A DNA stretch of 20,000 bases from Vicugna vicugna. Taxonomy: Eukaryota. Position 1 is the stretch's first letter. Every line of letters begins with the position of its first letter. A program made the translations under genes and the position numbers. Below the pieces are notes generated by a model. It searched no databases, was not told the origin of the DNA, and saw nothing but the letters and a program-made list of their open reading frames with translations. The stretch lies in assembly GCA_013265495.1 (NCBI GenBank), contig MU057716.1, forward strand, positions 44,189-64,188, written 5' to 3'. Shown one piece after another: positions 10,701 through 20,000 of the stretch.

Positions 10701-11699
10701 GTCTACTTTTTCCCTCAGATTGGTTCTCCGCCTCACGCAGTGGTTGGGAGAATGAGAGGGACCTGTGGTTCCCTAAGCGAGCCCTGAGTCCAGCCACGTG
10801 ACTGTAATAAGGGCCACTCCCGTGGCCAGCCTGGCCCTCCAGACATGACTGGCTTTGACCCTGAAGATCCAGATTTGGAAGGTACATACGTACATCTTTG
10901 GCCTTTGCTCTGGGACTCTGTAACTTACTAATTTTCAGAAAAAGAAGCATTATGTTAGGGGAGTTTACTTGACCCAGTTTGATTTTTTTTCCCCCTTACT
11001 TTACCACCTTGGATGTGAGACCGTATGAATACAGTTAGTACTCAGAGAAGCTGCCACTTGCCACTTAGGATGTCACATGATTAATTTTTTCAACTTGGCC
11101 TTGGTACCTGTTGAATAAATAGTATCCCTGGTAATTTCTGTAGAACCAAATTCTGCTCTTGGGAACTCTAACACTAGCGTTAGGATAGTTGGAGGTAAAA
11201 ATCAGCTGGGAAGAGAAAGAAGGAAGAAAATAATGTGAAAAAATGCAGGTTATTAGCAGAAATGCTTAGCTCTTGGTTCTCAAATATTTTAAATTCAGAA
11301 AAAGTTTCAAAATTCAAGTGCAATATTATCATCAACATAAATTAACATTTAATTAGTTATGCACTCAGGGTATTGCTCTGAAGTGAGTTTAATTAACAAA
11401 TAACTAGGTTTGGTAATATCTTGGCTGGATATCTCTATCCCCTTGAGAAGAGGAAGTTGAATAGTTGAAATAGCATGGTCTGATTGCAGCAGACCAAGAT
11501 TATTCTGCTTCGTTCTTCAGTCTGCCCTTCCTTCTCTTTCCCAAGGGCAGATATGAACAAAACAATAACTTTCTAATTGTTTAGCACTCAATTTTCTGCC
11601 TAGCAAAGAATGTGTGGTTATACCAGTCCTCATAAAAACAAGATTATATCATTTAGATTTCAGTGCATATTAATCTTTACCTCATTTCCCTCAGTTTAA

Positions 11700-11935
11700 A
11701 AAAAAATGATTGTGAAAAATTTCAAACATTTACAAAGTACAGAGTAGTACAATGAACATCCTTGTATCCATCCATCCGTTTTAACAGTTATCAACACTCT
11801 GCCATCTTGTTTAATCTATACCTCCATCCACTCGCCACCCACCATTCAATTATTTTTAAGATAGGTTTTATATATATTGAGATGCATAAATATTGACTGT
11901 ACCACTTTGGCAAGATACATGCATGTAACCCAAAT
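11700..11935 (-). mobile_element. Old L1 (L1ME-like) 3' fragments, antisense
   Basis: tgaaaaatttcaaacatttacaaagtacagagtagtacaatgaacatcc..ttaacagttatcaaca..gccatcttgttt. Confidence 0.6.
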
Positions 11936-11937
11936 CA

Positions 11938-12300
11938 CAAAGAAGACATACAAATGGACAACAAGCACGTGAAGAATGCTCAACATCACTGATCATCACA
12001 GAAATGCAAATCAAAGCCACGAGACATCATCTCGCACCTGTCAGAGTGGCTATCATTCAAAAAACAACAAATGACTAGTGTTGGCAAGGATGTGGAGAAA
12101 AGGAACCCTTGTGCACTGGTGGTAGGACTGTCAGCTCAGAGAAGTAAGTCAGACGGAGAAAGACAAACACTGTATGACTTCACTTATATGTGGAATCTAA
12201 AAACCAAATGAACAAACATCAAAACAGAGTCATAAATACAGAGAACAAATAGGTGGTTTCCAGAGGGGAGGTGGGGGAGGGAGGGGAGAAATGATGTGGT
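11938..12300 (+). mobile_element. L1M-type ORF2 end / 3'UTR fragment with internal deletion
   Basis: aagaagacatacaaatggacaacaagcac..gaaatgcaaatcaaa..gttggcaaggatgtggagaaaagg, then a jump near 12135 to gtaagtcagacggagaaagacaaacactgtatg..tcacttatatgtggaatctaaaa. Confidence 0.85.
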
Positions 12301-12547
12301 ATGACAGGAACTAACATAATGTTGCAGGTCAACCACAACATTTCAATAAATGCCCTCTCGTGAGATCGGTCCATCTGTCTTTACGTGTAAGGTAAACAGT
12401 GGTCACCCTGACATCGTACAGAGGGTGCAGTTCACAGGTTTCAGAATCAAACTTTAAAAGAACCATATGTAATAAAAACAAATCACGATAATAAAAAATA
12501 AAACACAAATAAAAAACAAGTACATTGTAGAAAATACTGAAATGCAA

Positions 12548-12553
12548 TTTATT
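12548..12553 (-). terminator. ATP23: ATP23 polyadenylation signal AATAAA
   Basis: tttatt on + about 225 nt after the stop codon. It is followed on the minus strand by a T/GT-rich downstream element (about 12470-12520). Confidence 0.75.
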
Positions 12554-12778
12554 TGCCTTATTTACCAAATGGTTAACTACAAAGGTACAATTTTTGCCTT
12601 GGAGTTCAAGGCGGTTTCATTTTTCAGCACAGTTACTTTTCTGATCATGTGCTGTCGTCAGCATCTTCTGTGTCTCCTCAGGATTCAACTGACCGTTCAC
12701 GTTTTACACGTTTGTCCACCGGGGAGCCGTACCTTCCTCATGATCGCTGCAGCTCCGTGATACAACACGTCGTTGTCG

Positions 12779-12982
12779 TCATATGTTTGCGTAGTACCGA
12801 TCCCGGTTCTGAAAGTCTCTGTGAGCGTGTCTTGCATACGTCTTGTTATGTGGGATCCTTCCGAAAGGTTCATGGTCATTGAAACAAGACTCAAAAACTT
12901 CATCAACAGCCTTCTGAGCGACTTCTTTGCTGATGTTCCGAACAGCTAGAATAGAAAGAATGGCTCTGTCTCGCACACAGGT
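12779..12982 (-). CDS. ATP23: ATP23 mitochondrial inner-membrane metalloprotease / ATP synthase assembly factor, last coding exon ([67 protein letters not shown])
   Basis: The translation matches the recalled ATP23/XRCC6BP1 C-terminus. Minus-strand acceptor ctctttctccttAG at 12984-12983, phase 0, 204 nt ending in TGA. Confidence 0.95.
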   Translation of the reverse strand, partial: TCVRDRAILSILAVRNISKEVAQKAVDEVFESCFNDHEPFGRIPHNKTYARHAHRDFQNRDRYYANI

Positions 12983-14720
12983 CTAAGGAGAAAGAGGAGT
13001 GTGTGGCTTTAATTTTATAAAAAACTTAATCATGAAATATAACATTGTATATAATGTCTAAACCACAGTCAAAATTAATTTCCTCTCACATTGTTTCACT
13101 AATTTCTGTCATTCGAAAGAAGCAACATTAAATTATGGAGCATGTTCAGCTCAACCTGAAAGTATTTATGTGTAAGGATGACCTCCTCCCTCTCCTCATC
13201 TTTCCCAATAATATAAGCGGACGTCATTCTCGGAAGTTCTAGATGCTGCCTGCCAAACAATAGCTCCAAATTTACAAAACTATTTTTTTAAGTCTATAAA
13301 TAAAGTTCTGGTTGAATTCTTTTTACTTTCAATAAATCTGAAATACACTTTACTCTGTGCCTCTCTCCCCTAACTCTGCGCTGACCAATGCTAGGTAGCT
13401 TTTCCTGGGAGGGGAACAGGAAACCACACATACATACACACAAAATTTGAAGCTGTCCTCATTTTTCAGGGAAAAAAAGAAAATCAAACAACTTTTTTCG
13501 TCCTGATTGTTCTTTGCATGGGTATTTAATTCTCTACCTAGGAAAATAATTTACTTAATGCTACATAGTGATAGACTAGAATTTCTCAGTATTCTAGTAT
13601 TTTAAGAAATGTAAGGTTGGCCATTCTAATTCTTGAAGAGCTTTAAATCCATCTCCTTCTCCACAGGCCCAAACTAAAAATCAAAATGGCATTCAACCCG
13701 TTCCTGAAAAACCACCAAACATGGATTCTGATGGCTGTGCACCCTGTCCATCACTGAGTTTTCTCTGTATGTGCCCAGTTTCACTCCAGCCTGATCAGCA
13801 CATTCATGAATATAGGACTATAAATCAGTGCTTCTCAGCCTGACATCAAATGCCAATTTAAAAAATAAACCCCAGGTTTAGAGGAATAAGAAGGAGAAGA
13901 AGAACTGTCTAGAGCCATGACAGCAACTGCTGGAGAGAAGAAAGGTCTCCCCTCCAGGCAGTAACACGGTAGTAAAGATTTGTCTGCCTGCTGAGCCTCC
14001 AAGGTCAGGAGGCACAAGAGTAGGTCACAATTCAGATTAACTTATTTCCAGATGAAATACATTTCTGCTAAAAGTGTGCAGTTTTACAATGAGTCACTGT
14101 AACTGACGTTTGCATTTCTTGGGTACATGCTGCACAAACCCAGGGCCTCTTCTCCCCGCACCGGCTCCCGTCACCTCCACAGAAGCTCCGTCCAGCGCTA
14201 GTTCTCTTTGTTTTCTGCTGCTCTATCCAATGTAAGGAGCACAGACTTCTCTTTCAGACTCTGCGCCTCGGACCTCATGCTTTACCTGCCTCACCTCTTC
14301 TCTGGGATGTGCTGATGGGCACGCTACTTCCACCCTGCCCGCTGACAGCCAGAACACACAGCCCATTCAAACGCCACCCAGGCTGAATTTACAGATGAGC
14401 AGGGACTCGAAGCACAGAAGACACGCGGCACAAGACAAGCCAGTGACACTCCGCTGACTTGGCACAGCCTGAAGGCCTCACAGCCCAGTCTGAGTAGCCG
14501 CCCCTCCCCGGCCCAGGTTTGCCTTCCAGATCCCATTCACTAAGCTCACAGTTTCTCCCAATGGTTCGCTGTGACTGTCGGCCTTCCTCCCCAGAGCTGA
14601 GTTCCTCTCGCCTCTAGAGGACCCAGGGCCTCCCTGCTGTTGTTCCAAGCCTGTCCTTTTTGCATCTGGCTGCACCTGCTCTCCTGAGGCCCATGCAGCT
14701 CACAAACTGGCCCGGCAACC

Positions 14721-14760
14721 TCTGGCCATAGACAGCCTCCTCTGGCCATAGACAGCCTCC
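14721..14760. repeat. Perfect 20-bp tandem duplication in the last ATP23 intron
   Basis: tctggccatagacagcctcc x2. Confidence 0.95.
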
Positions 14761-15445
14761 GACCGGCCTCTCGCCTGCGTGTGAACACAGAGCCCCTGGG
14801 CTGCTGCGGGCAGGACCGCCCACGTTCTCTATCAGTCCATCCGTTCTAAACCCCCTCTCCCCCGTCCATCGATCGTGGACCTTAAAAGCTTTCTAGCAGG
14901 ATTATCTTGCCTCTAGTTTGCTTTTGTTTCTGTTCTGTGTTGTTTACAATATGTCCCTCAGCTCAGCTCATTATCATCAAGTCTGCGCCGACCCAAAGCT
15001 CTGCCGTCAGGTCACACAGCCGTAGGAGGCGCGCTACGACACAGGCACAGCCGGAGCTGAGTGCGGTCTGTTCTCAAGGGCGTCGCTCTCCTGTCTCGAG
15101 AGCGCTGTGCTGGTTTCATGTGTAAGCCCAGGTCTGCTGGGATAAAAGACCGGCTGTGACTTCACTTCTGTCCTTCATCTGCCCCACCCAGAAGTGTCCC
15201 AAGAGCGAGCCCACGCTCTCGTCACTATAAAACCCTCTCACTCAGTCATGGGGCCATGGCCTCGCCTACAATTTGACGGTGGAACTGAACTTCATCTACT
15301 TGGCTTAAGTGGTATACATTTTGTATTCTTTTCATAGAAGCAGTTTTGTCAAATTTCAAGTACTAAATGTACTTCTCATTTCTCTATTTGTTATTTCTAC
15401 TCATAGCACTCTTGAGGGGAAATGATTTCAGGTGTTAGGTTTTAC

Positions 15446-15529
15446 CTGGTGGTGTTGTTTAAATCCAAAATGTAACCTGAATATTTCATTGACAAGTGAG
15501 CAGTCGCCACTGAGGTTAGCAGCTCGAAC
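15446..15529 (-). CDS. ATP23: ATP23 penultimate coding exon ([28 protein letters not shown])
   Basis: 84-nt phase-0 exon with acceptor ctttgtggtAG and donor GTaaaa. It splices in frame to the last exon (..KQHHQ|TCVRDRA..) and contains the conserved RAANLSGDC motif. Too short for the ORF track. Confidence 0.95.
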
Positions 15530-15809
15530 CTACCACAAAGACAGAAGGCAAACAAAAAGAAAATAAGCACTTGTTTAATTGTAGAAGAATAAAAAATTGG
15601 CATGTTCTTCTGAGAGCAGAGTATCTGTAAGACTTAAATTTTTAACTCTACTGCCTTAAGTAGTTCCTAAGTTAAAAAAAAAAAAAGAGCAGATATCAAC
15701 GAGCTATGCTAGACAACATCAAACACACAAGTGGCAATCACCTACCAAAAGGAATTTTCAGACCTTTACGCTGGAGCCTTACCTCTGGAACCTCAGCTGG
15801 GCTGGACCT

Positions 15810-15888
15810 NNNNNNNNNNNNNNNNNNNNNNNNNNNNNNNNNNNNNNNNNNNNNNNNNNNNNNNNNNNNNNNNNNNNNNNNNNNNNNN
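15810..15888. other. Assembly gap (79 N)
   Basis: Run of N in the sequence. Confidence 1.
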
Positions 15889-15902
15889 TAAAACTGAACA
15901 GT

Positions 15903-16028
15903 GGGGAAGGTATAGCTCAGTGGTAGAGTGTGTGCTTAGCATGCATGAGGTCCTGGGTTCAATCCCCAGTACCTCCGTTACAAATAAATAAATAAGCCCA
16001 ATTACCACCCCTCACCTCCCCCCCAAAA
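15903..16028 (+). mobile_element. tRNA-Ala-derived SINE of camelid Vic-1 type
   Basis: ggggaaggtatagctcagtggtagag (A box)..cttagcatgca (AGC anticodon arm)..gggttcaatcccc (B box)..acctcc, then (aaat)n and a C-rich tail. Possible degenerate TSD aaaactgaa / aaaacctgaa. Confidence 0.85.
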
Positions 16029-16290
16029 CCTGAATATATCAGTATCTAAGACACTTTTTAAGCACATGAACCTCCCAGGCCTCCTGGCCCAAGTCACTGA
16101 AACTGTCTTGGACCTTCCCTTAAGCCTGTGTAACTCTGTGACCTTACGCCAGGGCCTGATTGGCCTATGAGAAATTAAGTGGTGCAAAGCAGCAAGAACA
16201 TTCCAAACGGGTCATGCTATGAACACGACAGCCTGAAGTTAGGCCGTATTTTCTAATTTGCTATATCTTTAAGATAAAAAGCAGCTTTAA

Positions 16291-17799
16291 CTATCACCAC
16301 TCCTATTCAACATAGTCTTGGAAGTCCTAGCCACAGCAATCAGGCAAAAAAGGGAAATAAAAGGGATCCAAATTGGAAAAGAAGAGGTAAAAGTGTCACT
16401 ATATGCAGATGACATGATACTATATATAGAAAACCCTAAAAGGTCCACACAAAAACTATTAGAGCTGATCGAAGAATTCAGCAAGGAAGCAGGTTACAAG
16501 AACTATGTTCAAAAATCAGTTGCATTTCTTTACACTAACGATGAAATCAACAGGAAAAGAAAGTAAAGAAACAATCCCCTTTAAAATAGCACCCAAAGTA
16601 ATAAAATACCTAGGAATAAATCTAACCAAGGAGGTGAAAGGCTTTTACACAGAAAACTAAAAAACACTCATTAAGGAAATTAAAGAAGACTTAAAAAAAT
16701 GGAAAGCTATCCCATGCTTCTGGAGTGGAAGAATCAATATTGTTTAAATGGTCACACTGCCCAAGGCAATCTACAGATTTAATGCAATCCCTTATCAAAT
16801 TACCCAGGACATATTTCACAGAACTAGAACAAATCATAATAAAATTTATATGGAACCACAAAAGACCTAGAATTGCCAAAGCATTACTGAAGAAAAAGAA
16901 AGAGGCTGGAGGAATAACTCTCCCAGACTTCAGACAATACTACAGAGCTACAGTCATCAAGACAGCATGGTATTGGTACAAAAACAGACATATAGACCAA
17001 AGGAACACAACAGAGAGCCCAGAAATGAACCCACAAACTTTTGGTCAACTAATCTTCAACAAAGGAGGCAAGAATATACAATGGAATAAAGACAGTCTCT
17101 TCAGCAAATGGTGTTGGGAAAACTGGACAGCAGCATGTAAAGCAATGAAGCTAGAACACTCCCTTACACCATACACAAAAATCAACTCAAAATGGATCAA
17201 AGACTTAAACATAAGACAAGATACAATAAACCTCCTAGAAGAAAACATAGACAAAACATTATCTGACATACATCTCAAAAATGTTCTCCTAAGGCAGTCT
17301 ACCCAAGCAATAGAAATAAAAGCAAGAATAAACAAATGAGACCTAATTAAACTTACCAGCTTCTGCACAGCAAAGGAAACCATAAGTAAAACAAAACAAC
17401 AATCTATGGAATGAGAGAAAATTTTTCCAAATGAAACCCACAAAGGCTTGATCTCCAGAATATATAAGCAGCTCATACGATATAATAAGAAAAAAATAAC
17501 AACCCAATCCAAAAATGGGCAGAAGACCTAAACAAGCAATTCTCCAAGGAAGAAATACAAACAATCAAAAGGCACATGAAAAAATGCTCAATATCACTAA
17601 TTATCAGAGAAATGCAAATCAAAACTACAATGAGGTATCACCAACACCAGTCAGAATGGCCATCATTCAAAAGTCCACAAATGACAAATGCTGGAGAGAC
17701 TGTGGAGTAAAGGGAACTCTCCTACACTGCTGGTGGGAATGCAGTTTGGTGCAGCCACTGTGGAAAACACTATGGAGATTCCTCAAAAGACTAGGAATA
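16291..17799 (+). mobile_element. 5'-truncated L1, ORF2 RT to C-terminal region, inactivated
   Basis: [28 protein letters not shown] (RT motif), [40 protein letters not shown]. Several frameshifts and a premature TGA at 17337-17339. Confidence 0.97.
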
Positions 17800-18904
17800 A
17801 AGAGAAGCAAGATGGTGGAGTAGAAAGATGCTTGTAGCTCACCCTCTCCCACAAATACACCAAAACTCACATCTATAGACCCACTCAGCCAACCAGAGCA
17901 CCTACCAAACTCTGACAGAACATCGCCCTCTACAAAAGGCAAAGATGCCAAAAATCTGGTAGGAGAAAAGGAAAAAAGAAAGAAGAAAAAACAAAACAGC
18001 GTGGGACCAGTCCTGCGGGGAGGGAGTGGCAAAGGAGGAATAGTGCTGATTCGCTGGGTCTCCCCTCTCCAATGGAGAGGCCAACAGGACAGAGGGGGAG
18101 CCTCCAAGGCTCAGATCTGCTCCGAGCACCCCTTGACCAACAGAACTAAGTTAAATGGGCACAGAGGGTCCCCACGACACCCAGCCCGAGACGCAAGCCA
18201 GCAGCTGGGGGCCGGGACAGGCCGCCTGAGCCAGGCGGAGGACTGGGGCAGCTGCACTGAGACGGCCCCGGGGGACTGCAAGGGGCTGCGTGCCACGGTT
18301 GGGAGGAGATACGGAGCAGAACAACCACGGTCCCCCATAAATTGTGAAAAAAGCAAAGCAACATGGTTAGTGTGCCCTGGGGGGAGGAGCACCGCAGCCT
18401 TTGTGTCCTCAGACCCATGACGCTGTTACTGGAGCTTTGTGTGAGAAGAGAGGCGGGGCGCAGCCACAGCCACCATCTCCTCCTGTGTGCAATGCCCAGG
18501 CAGGGGCGGGGCCAAGCCCTGAATCCATATCTGGGGGCTCCGCAACCTCCTAGGCAGGACTGAGACTTGTTTACAGCCCAAGGCAGATAGGATCTTTCTG
18601 CCCTGGCACCTCAGAGAACTTGTGCCGCCAAGGCAAACAAGGAGCTGAGATTTGGCACAGAGCTGGGGCAGGGCTGTTCCACGGTCTTCCCCAAGCCTGC
18701 CTACGGAACCTACGGAGCTCCAAGGCAGAGCGGGCAGCTGCACAGAGCAGCGGACCAACAGGCGCCAGGAGAGGGCGGGCAGCCACCCGCCTTCCTGGCA
18801 GGAACGCAGCACCTTACCACGGTGCTGGGCAGAGTGCAGCATCTGACTGCGGCATAGGGAGGGGGAGTGACCCACCCACCCACCGGCCACAGTACCAGAG
18901 AGAT
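17800..18904 (+). mobile_element. L1 5'UTR (GC-rich internal promoter region)
   Basis: Starts agagaagcaagatggtggagtag (AAGATGG YY1-type L1 5' terminus). About 1.1 kb, GC-rich, leading into the ORF1 ATG. Confidence 0.85.
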
Positions 18905-19797
18905 ATGAGCAAGATGAAGAAGAAGAGGAACCACTCCTAATTAAAAGATCAAGAGAAATCCCGTGAAAGCACAAGCAAGGGAATAGACATTGATGGCCTA
19001 CTAGATCAAGATTTCAAAAAAGGAGTGATCAAAGTACTGAAGGAACTAAAAGAAATAGTCTTTAGAGTATAAAATATGTCAAAATTAAATAGAAGCTATA
19101 AAGAAGAACCAAGCAGAATTAGTGAACACATTGGCTGAGATAAGAGCTGAACTAAAGGCTGTGCAAAGCAGGCTAGATAATGCAGAGGAACGAATAAGTG
19201 ACCTTAGAAGACAGGACAACAGAAAGCACCCAATCAGAACAGCTGAAAGAAAAACAAATGAAAAACAATGAAAACAATATAAGAGACCTATGGGATAATA
19301 TAAAGCATGCCCATCTACACATAACAGGGGTCCCAGAAGGGGAAGAAAGAACAAAGGGGATTGAAAAGGTATTTGAAGAAATCGTGACTGCAAACTTTCC
19401 AAAGTTAAAGAAGGAATCAGATATCCTAGTACAGGAGGCTCAGAGGGTCCCAAACAGGAAGAACCCAAACAGACCCACACCAAGACACACCATAATCCAG
19501 ATGGCCAGAGTCAAGGACAAAGAAATGATCCTAAAGGCAGCAAAAGAAAAACAAAGAGTGAGTTACAAGGAAACCCCCATAAGGCTCTCAGCTGATTTCT
19601 CAACACAACCTCTACAGGCCAGAAGGGAGTGGCAAGATATATTCAAAGTCCTGAATGAAAAAAAGATGCAGCCTAGGATAGTCTATTCAGCAAGGCTGTC
19701 CTTTAGAATAGAAGGAGAGATAAAGAACTTCCCAGACAAGCAAAAACTAAGAGTTTAGCAACACTAAACTCATGCTAAAAGAAATATTTCTAAATAG
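18905..19797 (+). pseudogene. L1 ORF1 (RNA-binding protein), disrupted
   Basis: MSKMKKKRNHS*LKDQEK.., coiled-coil region, IRDLWDNIKHAHLHITGVPEGEER, QEAQRVPNRKNPNRPTPRH, PIRLSADFS..LQARREWQDIFKVL. Early TAA at 18938-18940 plus frameshifts. End coordinate approximate. Confidence 0.95.
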
Positions 19798-19942
19798 AAA
19801 AGAAGCAAGATGCTACAAAAATGAGAAACTCATAACTGGAAAGGAGATAACTGCCATGAATTCCAAATAGAATATCCAAATAGACACAGAATTGTAAAAG
19901 AAGACATCTAAATCACTAAGAGTGGGAGAGGGAAGCAAGGAA

Positions 19943-20000
19943 AGCCACTGTGGAAAACAAGATGGAGATTCCTCAAAAGATTAGGAATAGACCTGACCTA
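19943..20000 (+). mobile_element. L1 ORF2 3'-terminal sequence resumes (runs off the window)
   Basis: agccactgtggaaaacaagatggagattcctcaaaagattaggaata repeats 17753-17799 (44/47 identical) and continues with gacctgaccta. Confidence 0.9.

Noticed and set aside
15903..15976. Apparent tRNA-Ala(AGC) gene
   Set aside because: The acceptor stem is imperfect and it is followed by an (AAAT)n / C-rich SINE tail, so it is a tRNA-derived SINE.
16725..17339. 204-aa ORF as a host gene or active reverse transcriptase
   Set aside because: It is a fragment of a frameshifted, 5'-truncated L1 ORF2.
17045..17512. Hydrophobic 155-aa minus-strand ORF
   Set aside because: It is the usual antisense reading of A-rich L1 ORF2.
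18426..18974. 182-aa antisense ORF in the L1 5'UTR (ORF0-like?)
   Set aside because: It starts at TTG, lies in GC-rich sequence and has no recognisable similarity. ORF0 is described for primate L1.

Overview
Mammalian genomic DNA, probably camelid: it carries a tRNA-Ala-derived SINE of the Vic-1 type plus L1, L2, MIR and hAT MITE repeats. The only intact protein-coding sequence I can support is the last two exons of ATP23 (XRCC6BP1/KUB3) on the minus strand (15446-15529 and 12779-12982), with a poly(A) signal at 12548-12553. Downstream of ATP23 (left half) the DNA is intergenic. It contains an old L2 interrupted by a 5'-truncated, CpG-rich processed pseudogene of a parent I could not identify, and a near-consensus CTCF site at about 6968-6986. 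To the right of a 79-N gap is the most unusual structure, a rearranged L1 array. An ORF2 3' half is followed directly by an L1 5'UTR + ORF1 + spacer, which then jumps back into the ORF2 3' end. This leaves a 47-bp direct repeat on both sides of an ORF1-only module, with no poly(A) tail at the junction. Repeat family names come from recalled consensus sequences, not from a database search.
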